DNA from: an uncultured Actinomycetota bacterium
GTDB taxonomy: Bacteria > Actinomycetota > Actinomycetes > Actinomycetales > Demequinaceae
Reading direction: 5' to 3'
Assembly (NCBI GenBank): GCA_963735005.1
Contig: CAVTJA010000008.1
Span: 42,829-106,828 of the forward strand
DNA: 64,000 bases
Numbering within the stretch: the stretch's first letter is position 1; the number at the start of each line of letters is the position of its first letter. The translations under genes were made by a program, and so were the position numbers. Below the pieces are notes generated by a model that searched no databases, was not told the origin of the DNA, and worked only from the letters and a program-made list of their open reading frames with translations. Below are positions 1-9,095 of this stretch, one piece after another.

Positions 1-369
1 GCCGCCAACGTGAGGTTCGGGCTCGACATGCGCGGTGACGCTCGGGAAGCCGCCGACGCGCGCGTGGCGCAGCTGCTCGCACTCGTAGGGCTCCCGGACC
101 ACGGCGCGCGCCGCGTGGACATGCTGAGCGGCGGCGAGCGGCAGCGGGTCGCGCTCGCCCGCGCGCTCGCGCCTCAGCCCCGACTGCTGCTGCTCGACGA
201 GCCGCTGAGCTCTCTCGATCACGAACTTCGTGTGCGGCTCGCGGACGACCTCCGCGACATCCTCGCGGCAACCGACACCACCGCGATCATCGTCACGCAC
301 GACCGCTCCGAGGCTGCGCGCGTCGCGGGCCGGAGCGTGGAGATGGCCGCTGGCGTCGTGCCTCGCTAG
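1..369 (+). CDS. ABC transporter ATP-binding protein, C-terminal fragment (5' end outside window)
   Basis: ABC signature LSGGERQRVALARAL, Walker B LLLLDEP and H-loop VTHD. The frame is open to the window edge. Confidence 0.85.
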   Translation, partial: AANVRFGLDMRGDAREAADARVAQLLALVGLPDHGARRVDMLSGGERQRVALARALAPQPRLLLLDEPLSSLDHELRVRLADDLRDILAATDTTAIIVTHDRSEAARVAGRSVEMAAGVVPR

Positions 370-405
370 CCAGCGCGGGCTACCCTGGATCACGGAGGGA
401 TCGCC

Positions 406-1200
406 GTGACCGAGAGCACGCCAGGCTGGTACCTGGACCCCATCAACCGCAGACGCATGCGGTACTGGGATGGCCAGAAGTGGACCGACACGACGAGCGG
501 GTCCGGACCAGCAACATGGCCGCTCGGTGCGCGCGTCGTCGGGGGCCTCGGATTGATAATCGCCGTGACTCTCGTTGCGATCGCGCTAGTTTCGGCCACG
601 GGCGGGAGCGACGCCGCCACGGCTGTCCCGCCCCAGGTTTCCACGACGCCCACCAGCGCAGAGAACGGGCACGAAGCCGAACCGCGGGCCGTCGTCGCTC
701 CGGACGGATGGATCACCACAACGTCCAAGGGCGGGTCGTTCAGTTTCGCCTACGACCCGAGCTGGACGAGTGTCGATCAAGAACCGCTCGACGGTGACGA
801 GCCGACGGACTGGGGCGGTGCCTGGCTCACGTCGCCACCAGACAGGACAGGCCGAACCGTCGTGACGCCGCAAGCATATTCAGACGGGGCACCCATCGCT
901 TCCCACCTGGACTCATACGACGCGGCCGACCTCGTCTCCGAGGGCACCTTCACGTCCGCGCACGGCGACGCCGTCCACTACGCGCTCTTCCAAGTTGGGC
1001 CAGGTTATGAGACGCACTACGAGGGCCTGTACTTCTTTGGTGACGGTGACACTTTCGTGGAGGTGCGATTGGTGAGCGACGAGTGGCACGGCGAGTTCGC
1101 GGAGCCCGTCACCGCACTCGTGAACTCCATCGTCATCAACCATCACCCCAGGCAGTTAGCGCCCACCAGCGCCGTGCCGTGGCGCGGCGCGGCGCGCTAG
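406..1200 (+). CDS. DUF2510-like single-pass membrane protein, paralogue 1 of 4
   Basis: GTG start follows GGAGGG. N-terminus is PGWYLDP..RMRYWDGQKWTD, followed by one hydrophobic helix. The C-terminal domain ends LVNSIVINHH, which is shared with the next three ORFs. Confidence 0.8.
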   Translation: MTESTPGWYLDPINRRRMRYWDGQKWTDTTSGSGPATWPLGARVVGGLGLIIAVTLVAIALVSATGGSDAATAVPPQVSTTPTSAENGHEAEPRAVVAPDGWITTTSKGGSFSFAYDPSWTSVDQEPLDGDEPTDWGGAWLTSPPDRTGRTVVTPQAYSDGAPIASHLDSYDAADLVSEGTFTSAHGDAVHYALFQVGPGYETHYEGLYFFGDGDTFVEVRLVSDEWHGEFAEPVTALVNSIVINHHPRQLAPTSAVPWRGAAR

Positions 1201-1222
1201 CCTGGACGGTGGAGGTAGCACC

Positions 1223-2023
1223 GTGACTGATACCGCGCCGGGCTGGTACCCGGACCCCGCTGGCGGATCGCGCCTCAGGTACTGGGACGGCCAGGAGTGG
1301 ACCGGTGCGACAAACGCGTCTGGCCCGCGCACGTGGCCGCTCGGCGTGTGGATCGCGGGCGGGCTCGTCGTCCTCGTCGCGCTCGCCTTCGGCGCCCTCA
1401 CGCTCGTCTCAAAGGTGCGCGAGGCGCCGCCTCCGACAACGCCGCCGGTCGCCGAGCCCTCGGTGAGCGCTCCACCCAGCACCCAGCAGACCGGCCCCAC
1501 CGACGTCGTCGCGCCTGCGGATTGGGTTGTCGAGACATCGTCCAAAGGCTGGTTCTCGTTCGCGCGCAGCCCCGATTGGGAGGACGTCTCGGACCTCCTT
1601 GGCGACGTCGACGCCCAGTTCGCCGCTACGCCAAGTTTGACGGTGGACCATGGCGGCGCGTGGCTGATTCCAGACGACTCGTTCCTCGGCGGCACGATGG
1701 TGATCCCGCTCGCGCTCTCGGACGGGAATGAGGTTCGGTTCCTCAAGCTCCAGCTCGCTGGGTTCCGCGGTGCCCTGTCGACGGAGTACGACGACGTCAC
1801 CACCGTTCTATCCGACTCGTTCGTGACTCCGGCTGGGTACGAAGTCTTCCGCGAGGTGGACACGGGCACCCTCGACGGCACGCCCGTCATCACGGCCGTG
1901 TACGCCTTCAAGCAGGACACGACGATGATGCTGGTATACGCGACGTCAACGAAGGACTTCGAGGCCTTCGACGCCGACCTCACGGCCCTCGTCAACTCGG
2001 TCGTCATCCACCACCAGCAGTAG
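1223..2023 (+). CDS. DUF2510-like single-pass membrane protein, paralogue 2 of 4
   Basis: GTG start follows GGTGGAGG. It has PGWYPDP..RLRYWDGQEWTG, a TM helix and a P/A-rich linker. The C-terminus ends LVNSVVIHHQQ. Confidence 0.8.
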   Translation: MTDTAPGWYPDPAGGSRLRYWDGQEWTGATNASGPRTWPLGVWIAGGLVVLVALAFGALTLVSKVREAPPPTTPPVAEPSVSAPPSTQQTGPTDVVAPADWVVETSSKGWFSFARSPDWEDVSDLLGDVDAQFAATPSLTVDHGGAWLIPDDSFLGGTMVIPLALSDGNEVRFLKLQLAGFRGALSTEYDDVTTVLSDSFVTPAGYEVFREVDTGTLDGTPVITAVYAFKQDTTMMLVYATSTKDFEAFDADLTALVNSVVIHHQQ

Positions 2024-2026
2024 CGG

Positions 2027-2077
2027 CTGGCCGCGCGGGCGCCGGGCGTAGGCGGTAGCGTTGGCGCCACGAGGAGG
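2027..2077. repeat. 51-bp direct repeat, copy 1 (upstream of paralogue 3)
   Basis: ctggccgcgcgggcgccgggcgtaggcggtagcgttggcgccacgaggagg is identical to 2914..2964 and contains the RBS. Confidence 0.9.
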
Positions 2078-2081
2078 CTCC

Positions 2082-2891
2082 GTGAACGACGTCGCGCCCG
2101 GCTGGTACCCAGACCCACACAAGGGCTCGCGTCTGCGTTACTGGGACGGCACCACGTGGACGCAGCACGTGAACGGCGGGGGCCCCCGCATGGGCTTGTG
2201 GCTCGGAATCGGCATCCCGGCGGTACTTATTGTGGGCGCGCTCACGGTCGCCGCGGTGGTCGCGGGCCAGCGGGCTACCGACCCCGACCCCGCCGCAACG
2301 GACTCGGCGCCCGCCGCCACCCCCTCCGAAACCGCTGCACAAGAGCCCAGACCGTCGCTGAGCCCTCGCCAGACGCTCAGCTACCAGTGGGTGGTGACGC
2401 CGGGCGACACGATCGCCTACGTCGCCGGCCTCAGCTGGGACGATGCGACTGACTCGGCGCACGTCGAGGCCAAGAAGCTTCACCTGGCCGAGGGAGAGGT
2501 GCGCGAGGTATCCGGGGGCTGGTGGATTTCGGACCTTGCGTTCAACGACGGCACGCTGGTGACGATCGTGACGTCATCGACGGGCAAGCCGGTGACGGAC
2601 ATCAAGGCGGAGCTTGCGCGCCGCGTCAAGGACCTGCGCGCAGCAGGACTCAAAGACTTCACGACCCTTCGACGCGACGAGTACGTGACATATACGGGCT
2701 ACGACGCGGCTCGCTGGGACTACTCCGCCACGGACGGGGGTGCACCCGTGTACGCCAGCTGCATCGCGGTAACGGATGGGAAGGTCGTGGTCTTCGTGGA
2801 GACCTTGTCCGCATCGGACCTGTGGACTTTCGCGGCGGAAACCCAGACCGTCACGTCAGAACTCGAAATCCATCATGCGCCGACGCGCTAG
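2082..2891 (+). CDS. DUF2510-like single-pass membrane protein, paralogue 3 of 4
   Basis: The track ORF starts at TTG 2061, but the in-frame GTG at 2082 just downstream of GAGGAGG is preferred. It has PGWYPDP..RLRYWDGTTWTQ and a TM helix. The C-terminal domain is divergent and ends ELEIHH. Confidence 0.75.
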   Translation: MNDVAPGWYPDPHKGSRLRYWDGTTWTQHVNGGGPRMGLWLGIGIPAVLIVGALTVAAVVAGQRATDPDPAATDSAPAATPSETAAQEPRPSLSPRQTLSYQWVVTPGDTIAYVAGLSWDDATDSAHVEAKKLHLAEGEVREVSGGWWISDLAFNDGTLVTIVTSSTGKPVTDIKAELARRVKDLRAAGLKDFTTLRRDEYVTYTGYDAARWDYSATDGGAPVYASCIAVTDGKVVVFVETLSASDLWTFAAETQTVTSELEIHHAPTR

Positions 2892-2913
2892 CGAGCACGC
2901 GCGGCGGCGGATT

Positions 2914-2964
2914 CTGGCCGCGCGGGCGCCGGGCGTAGGCGGTAGCGTTGGCGCCACGAGGAGG
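2914..2964. repeat. 51-bp direct repeat, copy 2 (upstream of paralogue 4)
   Basis: Base-perfect match to 2027..2077. Confidence 0.9.
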
Positions 2965-2968
2965 TCTC

Positions 2969-3781
2969 ATGGCAGACACGATGCCGGGTTGGTATCCGGA
3001 CCCAAGCGACAGTACGAAGACCCGCTACTGGGACGGATCCGCTTGGACCGACCAGGTCCACGAGAGCGCCCCCAAGAAGAATCGGCTCGGCCTGATCCTG
3101 GGTATCGGGATCCCGGCCGTGCTGATCGTGGGTGCGCTCGTCATCGCCGGGGTGGTCGCCGCCATCAATGGCGCCCAGGCCAGGATCGGGGACAACGGGC
3201 CCGGCGGCAGCGCGGGCGATAAGACCCCCGACGTTGCCTCAGTACCGTCAGACCACCGGGTGCCGGCGGGGTGGCAGGTCGCGAGCCCGCCGTCGGGTTC
3301 TGTCACCTACTACGTCGATCCGACGTGGACCGAGTTCACCGATCTGCTCGGCGACCCCGCAGACACCATGGGCGAGGTCCCGGGTGGCGGCGCGCTTGAG
3401 TTCTCCGGAGCCTGGCTCATGGACGGCAGCTTCGCCGAAGGCGGCACGAACGTGATCCTGCTGTCCGCGACCTACGGCAAGGACATCCGCAACGTGTCCG
3501 CTGAGCTCACGAGCTACATGCTCGGGGCAAGCGCGGCGTTCGAGGACGTCGACGTCGTCGCCAGCGACACCTTCACCACGGTGAACGGATACAAGGCCGC
3601 GCGGCGCGACATCACGGGTCAGATTGCCGGCGACGACTACAGCATGATCGTGTTCGCGGTCACCAAGGATGACGCCATCGTGTTCGTCCAAATCTCGTCA
3701 GACCAGCCATTAGAAACCTACGTTGACGACGCCGTTGCCGTTGCCAACTCGCTGGTAATCAACCACACCATCGACTACTAG
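2969..3781 (+). CDS. DUF2510-like single-pass membrane protein, paralogue 4 of 4
   Basis: The track ORF starts at 2948, but the in-frame ATG at 2969 after GAGGAGG is preferred. It has PGWYPDP..KTRYWDGSAWTD and a TM helix. The C-terminus ends NSLVINHTIDY. Confidence 0.75.
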   Translation: MADTMPGWYPDPSDSTKTRYWDGSAWTDQVHESAPKKNRLGLILGIGIPAVLIVGALVIAGVVAAINGAQARIGDNGPGGSAGDKTPDVASVPSDHRVPAGWQVASPPSGSVTYYVDPTWTEFTDLLGDPADTMGEVPGGGALEFSGAWLMDGSFAEGGTNVILLSATYGKDIRNVSAELTSYMLGASAAFEDVDVVASDTFTTVNGYKAARRDITGQIAGDDYSMIVFAVTKDDAIVFVQISSDQPLETYVDDAVAVANSLVINHTIDY

Positions 3782-3788
3782 AGCGTCG

Positions 3789-4223
3789 CTAGCAGGCGCA
3801 CGCGATCGCGGTGCCGTCGGCCGCGCCGGGCGCCGTGAGCGGGTCGGGCGCTCGCGTGGCGTCGCCCGCAGCCGAGTCCACCGGGAGGCCCTCGCGCGCC
3901 CAGTACTCGAAGCCGCCGATCATCTCGCGCACGGGGAGTCCGAGTGCGGAAATCGCGAGCGCGCCGCGGGTGGCGCCGTTGCACCCTGGCCCCCAGCAGT
4001 ACACGACGAACTCAGTCTCGGCTGGGTACTCCGCCGGGACGCGCTCCGGGATGTCCGCGAGCGGGATGTGGACGGCCCCGCGCGCGTGGCCCTGGTCCCA
4101 CGACTCCCGCGAGCGCGAGTCGACGAGCACGAAGCCCGGCTCCCCGCCCTCCTGAGCGGTGTGGACGTCGGAGACGTCGGTCTCAAAGGCCAGCTTGGCG
4201 GCGAAGAATTCATGTGCTTCCAT
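3789..4223 (-). CDS. rhodanese-domain sulfurtransferase-like protein
   Basis: The track ORF 3789..4748 is over-extended. The ATG at 4223 gives 144 aa (MEAHEFF...) with a rhodanese-type Cys loop VVYCWGPGCNGATRGA. Confidence 0.75.
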   Translation of the reverse strand: MEAHEFFAAKLAFETDVSDVHTAQEGGEPGFVLVDSRSRESWDQGHARGAVHIPLADIPERVPAEYPAETEFVVYCWGPGCNGATRGALAISALGLPVREMIGGFEYWAREGLPVDSAAGDATRAPDPLTAPGAADGTAIACAC

Positions 4224-4316
4224 GGTTCCAACGGTAGGTCCGGGAAGGCGCGGCGTGAAGTGACTCTTCGCGGCGTCGGCCTTGTGTCGCCGTGAATTTC
4301 GCGTCATTCTGAGCTC

Positions 4317-4790
4317 ATGGCCACGAATCCCACGCTCGACGCAACCGACGCCGCGATCCTGTCCGCGCTCCAGCGCGACGGCCGCCTGACGATGACGGAG
4401 CTCGCAACGGAGGTCGCGATGTCCGCGAGCGCCGTGACGGACCGGGTGCGCCGGCTCGAGGAGACCGGCATCATCGAGGGCTACGCCGCGCGCGTGGTGC
4501 CGGCTGCGGTCGGCGCCGGGATCACCGCGTTCATTCGCCTGCGGTACCCGAGTACCAAGTACCAGCCCTTCTACGACTTGATCGAGAAGACGCCCGAGAT
4601 CCTCGAGGTGCATCACGTCACCGGGGAGGACTGCTTCATCGTCAAGGTGGTCGCGCCGTCGATGGGCGCCCTCGAGGAGACCGCCGGCCGCATCGGCCAG
4701 CTGGGGGCGATCACCACGAACATCGTCTACTCGAGCCCGCTGCCGCACCGCGCGATCACGCCGCCCGTGGTCCGGGGTTCGCGCCCGTAG
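4317..4790 (+). CDS. Lrp/AsnC family transcriptional regulator
   Basis: N-terminal HTH ILSALQRDGRLTMTELATEVAMSASAVTDRVRRLEETGII plus an AsnC-type ligand domain. It is divergent from the rhodanese gene. Confidence 0.85.
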   Translation: MATNPTLDATDAAILSALQRDGRLTMTELATEVAMSASAVTDRVRRLEETGIIEGYAARVVPAAVGAGITAFIRLRYPSTKYQPFYDLIEKTPEILEVHHVTGEDCFIVKVVAPSMGALEETAGRIGQLGAITTNIVYSSPLPHRAITPPVVRGSRP

Positions 4791-4796
4791 CCCAAG

Positions 4797-4815
4797 TTGA
4801 GTCGCCTTGACTCAA
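4797..4815 (+). promoter_or_regulatory. HAIR-like HspR operator 1
   Basis: TTGAGT-cgccttg-ACTCAA compared with the HAIR consensus CTTGAGT-N7-ACTCAAG. Confidence 0.7.
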
Positions 4816-4820
4816 CTCGC

Positions 4821-4848
4821 TTGACATTTCCTCCGAAATGGGGATACT
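4821..4848 (+). promoter_or_regulatory. candidate dnaK promoter (TTGACA-N16-GATACT)
   Basis: TTGACA at 4821-4826 and GATACT at 4843-4848, lying between the two HAIR elements. Confidence 0.45.
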
Positions 4849-4867
4849 TGAGTCTGTGTGGCTCAAG
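4847..4867 (+). promoter_or_regulatory. HAIR-like HspR operator 2
   Basis: CTTGAGT-ctgtgtg-GCTCAAG, a 13/14 match to the HAIR consensus. Confidence 0.75.
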
Positions 4868-4935
4868 TTGAGCCCCGAACGCGCGGCTACGCCGTGAAAG
4901 CGCGGCGCAAACCGCCGCGAGGAGGAAGGAACACC

Positions 4936-6792
4936 ATGTCCCGAGCAGTAGGAATCGACCTCGGCACCACGAACTCGTGTGTCGCGGTCCTTGAGGGTGG
5001 CGAGCCCACCGTCATCGCGAATGCCGAGGGCACTCGCACCACGCCGTCGGTCGTGGCGTTCTCAAAGACCGGCGAGGTGCTGGTTGGCGAGATCGCCAAG
5101 CGCCAGGCCGTCACGAACGTCGACCGCACCATCAGCTCCGTCAAGCGCCACATGGGCACCGACTGGAGCAAGACGATCGACGACAAGAAGTACACCGCGC
5201 AGGAGATCTCCGCGCGCATCCTTGGCAAGCTCAAGCGCGACTCCGAAGAGTACCTGGGCGAAAAGGTGACGGACGCCGTCATCACCGTGCCCGCGTACTT
5301 CAACGACGCCGAGCGCCAGGCCACCAAGGACGCCGGCGAGATCGCCGGACTCAACGTCCTGCGCATCGTCAACGAGCCCACGGCCGCCGCCCTGGCGTAC
5401 GGCCTTGAAAAGGGCAAGGAAGACGAGCTCATCCTGGTCTTCGACCTGGGTGGCGGCACGTTCGACGTGTCCCTGCTTGAGGTCGCGAAGGACGAAGACG
5501 CGTTCAGCACCATCCAGGTTAAGGCCACCGCCGGCGACAACCGCCTCGGTGGCGACGACTGGGACTCGCGCATCGTCGACTTCCTTGTGAAGGAGGTCAA
5601 GAACTCCGAGGGTGTTGACCTCACCAAGGACAAGTCCGCCATGCAGCGCCTCCGCGAGGCGGCCGAGCAGGCGAAGAAGGAGCTCAGCTCTGCGCAGTCG
5701 ACGAACATCTCGCTGCAGTACGTCTCCATTGGCGAGAACGGCCCCGTTCACCTCGACGTGAAGCTCACGCGCGCGCAGTTCGAGCAGATGACCGAGGACC
5801 TCCTTGACCGCACCAAGGCCCCGTTCGAACAGGTCATCAAGGACGCTGGCATCAAGCTGTCCGACATCGACCACGTGGTTCTCGTGGGCGGTTCGACCCG
5901 CATGCCTGCCGTCACCGAGCTCGTCAAGAAGCTCACCGGCGGCCAGGAGCCCAACAAGGGCGTCAACCCTGACGAGGTCGTCGCCGTGGGCGCCGCCCTG
6001 CAGGCCGGCGTCATCAAGGGCGACCGCAAGGACGTGCTGCTGATCGACGTCACCCCGCTGAGCCTTGGCATCGAGACCAAGGGCGGCGTGATGACCAAGC
6101 TCATCGACCGCAACACCGCAATCCCTACCAAGTCGTCCGAGATCTTCTCGACGGCCGACGACAACCAGCCCAGCGTGCTTGTGCAGGTTTACCAGGGAGA
6201 ACGCGGCCTCGCGCGCGACAATAAGGCGCTCGGAACCTTCGAACTCGGCGGCATCGCGCCCGCGCCGCGAGGCGTGCCGCAGGTCGAGGTGACCTTCGAC
6301 ATCGACGCCAACGGCATCGTCCATGTCACGGCGAAGGACAAGGGCACCGGCAAGGAGCAGTCCATCACCGTGACCGGCGGTTCCGCGCTGTCGAAGGACG
6401 ACATCGACCGCATGGTCAAGGACGCCGAGGAGCACGCTGAGGAAGACAAGCAGCGCCGCGAGGAGGCCGAGACCCGCAACACCGCGGAGCAGTTCGCCTA
6501 CCAGACGGAGAAGCTCCTCAAGGAGCACGACTCCAACCTGCCCGCGGACGTCGCGGACGAGGTCAAGGAGGCGATCGCCGAGGTCAAGACCGCGCTCGAG
6601 GGCACGGACTCCGCCGAGGTGAAGTCCAAGCACGACGCCCTGGTCGAGAAGACCTCCAAGCTCCACGAGGCAATCCAGGCCGCGCAGGCCGCGGGCGCTT
6701 CCGCGGACGGCGGCTCAAGCGACTCGAGCGACGGCTCGTCCGACGAGGACGTGGTCGACGCCGAGATCGTTGACGAGGACGACAACAAGTAG
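4936..6792 (+). CDS. dnaK: molecular chaperone DnaK (Hsp70)
   Basis: [28 protein letters not shown] and [10 protein letters not shown] motifs. The ATG at 4936 follows GGAGGAAGG. The track start at 4858 is an upstream extension. Confidence 0.97.
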   Translation: MSRAVGIDLGTTNSCVAVLEGGEPTVIANAEGTRTTPSVVAFSKTGEVLVGEIAKRQAVTNVDRTISSVKRHMGTDWSKTIDDKKYTAQEISARILGKLKRDSEEYLGEKVTDAVITVPAYFNDAERQATKDAGEIAGLNVLRIVNEPTAAALAYGLEKGKEDELILVFDLGGGTFDVSLLEVAKDEDAFSTIQVKATAGDNRLGGDDWDSRIVDFLVKEVKNSEGVDLTKDKSAMQRLREAAEQAKKELSSAQSTNISLQYVSIGENGPVHLDVKLTRAQFEQMTEDLLDRTKAPFEQVIKDAGIKLSDIDHVVLVGGSTRMPAVTELVKKLTGGQEPNKGVNPDEVVAVGAALQAGVIKGDRKDVLLIDVTPLSLGIETKGGVMTKLIDRNTAIPTKSSEIFSTADDNQPSVLVQVYQGERGLARDNKALGTFELGGIAPAPRGVPQVEVTFDIDANGIVHVTAKDKGTGKEQSITVTGGSALSKDDIDRMVKDAEEHAEEDKQRREEAETRNTAEQFAYQTEKLLKEHDSNLPADVADEVKEAIAEVKTALEGTDSAEVKSKHDALVEKTSKLHEAIQAAQAAGASADGGSSDSSDGSSDEDVVDAEIVDEDDNK

Positions 6793-6848
6793 CCTCCACG
6801 GGGGCGGGCGCACAGCCCGCCCCCGTGCGACGGCCACGTGGAGGAAAC

Positions 6849-7421
6849 GTGACTGACAACAACACCCCCGACGAGCAACCCGAAGGCGACCCCGTCGCAG
6901 ATGCGGAAGCCGTCTTGAGCGGCGCGGCAGCAGCCATGGCCTGGGAGGGCTCCCCGGTCGAGGCCGACGAGGCGGGTGCGGACGACGCACTCGCGCGCGC
7001 AGAGGCCGCCGCCGCAGAGCACCTCGAAGACCTCAAGCGGCTCCAGGCCGAGTACGTCAACTACCGCAAGCGGGTGGACCGCGACCGCGAACAGATGGGC
7101 ACGCTTGGCCAAGCCCGCGTGATCGAAGCCCTGCTGCCTGCGCTCGACGACATCCACGCCGCGCGCGACCACGGCGACCTCGACGGCGGCCCGTTCGCGG
7201 CGATCGCCGACAAGCTCGAGGCGTCCCTCGCCAAGTTCGGGTGGGAGTCGTTCGGCGCCGAGGGCGACCCGTTCGACCCCGCGCTGCACGAGGCCCTCGC
7301 GACCACCGAAGACCCAAACGTGACCGAGCCGACCGTAGCCAAGGTCGCCCAGCCGGGCCACAAGGTTGGCGACCGCGTCGTGCGCCCCGCGCGCGTCATC
7401 GTCTCCCAGCCGCAGTCGTAG
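6849..7421 (+). CDS. grpE: nucleotide exchange factor GrpE
   Basis: Position after dnaK, and the GrpE core [18 protein letters not shown]...GDPFDP..HEA. GTG at 6849 follows GGAGGA, with an alternative start at 6825. Confidence 0.9.
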   Translation: MTDNNTPDEQPEGDPVADAEAVLSGAAAAMAWEGSPVEADEAGADDALARAEAAAAEHLEDLKRLQAEYVNYRKRVDRDREQMGTLGQARVIEALLPALDDIHAARDHGDLDGGPFAAIADKLEASLAKFGWESFGAEGDPFDPALHEALATTEDPNVTEPTVAKVAQPGHKVGDRVVRPARVIVSQPQS

Positions 7422-7449
7422 TCGAAGCCGCACCAGGAAGGGAGGCACC

Positions 7450-8385
7450 GTGGCAAGCCAGGATTGGTTCAACAAGGACTTCTACAAGACGCTCGGCGTC
7501 TCCAAGGACGCGACGGACGCCGACATCAAGAAGGCGTACCGCAAGCTCGCCCGCGAGCTTCACCCGGACACCAACTCGGGCGACGCGAGCGCCGAGGCAC
7601 GCTTCAAAGAGGTGGGCGAGGCGTACGCCGTGCTGTCCGACAAGGAAAACCGCAAGCAGTACGACGCCGTCCGCGCCATGGGCGGCGGCGCGCGCTTCGC
7701 CGGCGGGCAGCAGGGCAGCGCGCAGGACGCGTTCTCCGGCATGTTCGGCCAGGGCGGCGGGCGCGGGGGCGGGGGTGGCAACTTCGAGGACATCCTCAGC
7801 CAGATGTTTGGCGGCGGCCCCGGATTCAACATGGGCCCGCAGCCTGGCGCCGACCTCGCCGCCGCTACCGAGGTGTCGTTCCGCGAGGCTGCCGAGGGCG
7901 CGACCATCAAGCTTCAGATCGCCGGCACCACCGTCACCACCCGCCTACCCGCCGGCGTGCGCGACGGGCAGAAGATCCGCCTGCGCGGCAAGGGCCAGCA
8001 GAGCCCCAACGGAGGCCCCAACGGCGACCTTGTGCTGACCGTGCACGTGGGCACACACCCCGTGTTCACAGCCGACGGCGCGGACCTTCGCGTCAAGGTG
8101 CCCGTCACCTTCCAGGAGGCCGCGCTTGGCGCCACCGTCGAGGTCCCCACCCTGGACGGATCCCGCGTGCGCGTGAAGGTCCCCGCGGGCACCAGCTCCG
8201 GCAAGACGCTGCGGGTCAAGGGCCGCGGCATCGCCACCAAGGCGCGCACAGGTGACCTGCTCGCGACCGTAGAAATCTTCGTGCCGTCCAAGTTGTCGAA
8301 GGGCGCCAAGGAGGCGCTCGAGACGCTCGCGGCCGAGACCGACTCCGACGTGCGCGACACGTGGCTGTCGGAAGCCGAGAAGTAG
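7450..8385 (+). CDS. dnaJ: J-domain co-chaperone DnaJ (no zinc-finger domain; CbpA-like class)
   Basis: J domain [12 protein letters not shown]...[12 protein letters not shown], a G/F region and a DnaJ C-terminal beta domain. GTG at 7450 follows GGAAGGGAGG. The protein contains no cysteine. Confidence 0.9.
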   Translation: MASQDWFNKDFYKTLGVSKDATDADIKKAYRKLARELHPDTNSGDASAEARFKEVGEAYAVLSDKENRKQYDAVRAMGGGARFAGGQQGSAQDAFSGMFGQGGGRGGGGGNFEDILSQMFGGGPGFNMGPQPGADLAAATEVSFREAAEGATIKLQIAGTTVTTRLPAGVRDGQKIRLRGKGQQSPNGGPNGDLVLTVHVGTHPVFTADGADLRVKVPVTFQEAALGATVEVPTLDGSRVRVKVPAGTSSGKTLRVKGRGIATKARTGDLLATVEIFVPSKLSKGAKEALETLAAETDSDVRDTWLSEAEK

Positions 8386-8411
8386 CCTGGTCATGACCGA
8401 AGGGAGCCGCC

Positions 8412-8816
8412 ATGGAACAGCCTGACGTCGACGAACCGGTCTTCCCCATCTCGTCCGCCGCCGAACTCGCGGGCATGCACGCCCAGACGCTGCGCCAGTA
8501 CGACCGCCTTGGACTCGTCGTGCCCAAGCGCCGCCGCGGCGGTGGGCGCCGCTACTCCCTGCGCGACGTCGCCGTGCTGCGCGAGGTGCAGCGGATGAGC
8601 CAGGACGAGGGCATCAACCTCGCGGGCGTCGCGCGCATCCTCGCACTGCAGGAACGCGTGGTCGCCCTCGAAGCCGAGTTGGACAGGCTTCGCACCCGCG
8701 CCGACGCCGGGTCCCGCGTGTTCTCGACCGACGTTGGCGGCAAGGTCGTCATCGTGGAGCGCGGCCGCCGCGCCGCCCGGTCCGAGGGACGCTCACTGAT
8801 CGTGTGGCGCCCGTAG
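8412..8816 (+). CDS. hspR: MerR-family heat-shock repressor HspR
   Basis: MerR HTH FPISSAAELAGMHAQTLRQYDRLGLV, and it is the last gene of the dnaK operon. Confidence 0.9.
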   Translation: MEQPDVDEPVFPISSAAELAGMHAQTLRQYDRLGLVVPKRRRGGGRRYSLRDVAVLREVQRMSQDEGINLAGVARILALQERVVALEAELDRLRTRADAGSRVFSTDVGGKVVIVERGRRAARSEGRSLIVWRP

Positions 8817-8818
8817 CG

Positions 8819-9055
8819 CTAGCCGCGCTCGATCGTCACCGTCTTCACCCGCGCCGACTCGCCCGCGCTAATCCGCACGTCTGCGCGGCGCGCCCCCACG
8901 TGCTTGGCGATTGCCGCGACAAGTTCCTCGTTTGCCGCGCCGCCGACCGGCTTGGCCGCGACGTGAACGGTGAGGATGCCGTCGGCGCCCTGCTCGATGA
9001 GCGGCGCCTTGCGGCTGCCCGGCTTGACGCGCACGCGCAGTTTCTCGGAAGTCAC
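8819..9055 (-). CDS. DUF167 (YggU-like) protein
   Basis: 78 aa: LRVRVKPGSRK....HVAAKPVGGAANEELV..IAK. Confidence 0.7.
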   Translation of the reverse strand: MTSEKLRVRVKPGSRKAPLIEQGADGILTVHVAAKPVGGAANEELVAAIAKHVGARRADVRISAGESARVKTVTIERG

Positions 9056-9095
9056 GTTGTGACGTTACCGCGACCGCCCCGCATATCCTGGGCCC

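Noticed and set aside
4858-4935. N-terminal extensions of track ORFs. Examples are dnaK from 4858, dnaJ from 7366, lysC from 30456, dnaX from 23795, clpC from 51336 and crp from 42459.
   Set aside because: The extensions are basic, low-complexity sequence lacking homology to the families. Canonical N-termini preceded by GGAGG-like RBS sequences lie at in-frame downstream starts. Several extensions would overlap neighbouring genes or RNAs (HAIR operator, SRP RNA).
5062-6666. Long alternate-frame or antisense ORFs in the track. Examples are 5062..6666(-), 17077..19662(+), 28742..30298(-), 38985..40604(+), 51840..53453(-), 31319..32671(-) and 10315..11325(-).
   Set aside because: Each lies entirely inside a gene with unambiguous conserved motifs on the other strand or frame (dnaK, nrdA, TetR/SDR, ponA, clpC, lysC/asd, ABC ATPase). 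Their translations are Arg/Ala/Gly/Pro-rich low-complexity sequence typical of stop-poor frames in high-GC DNA.
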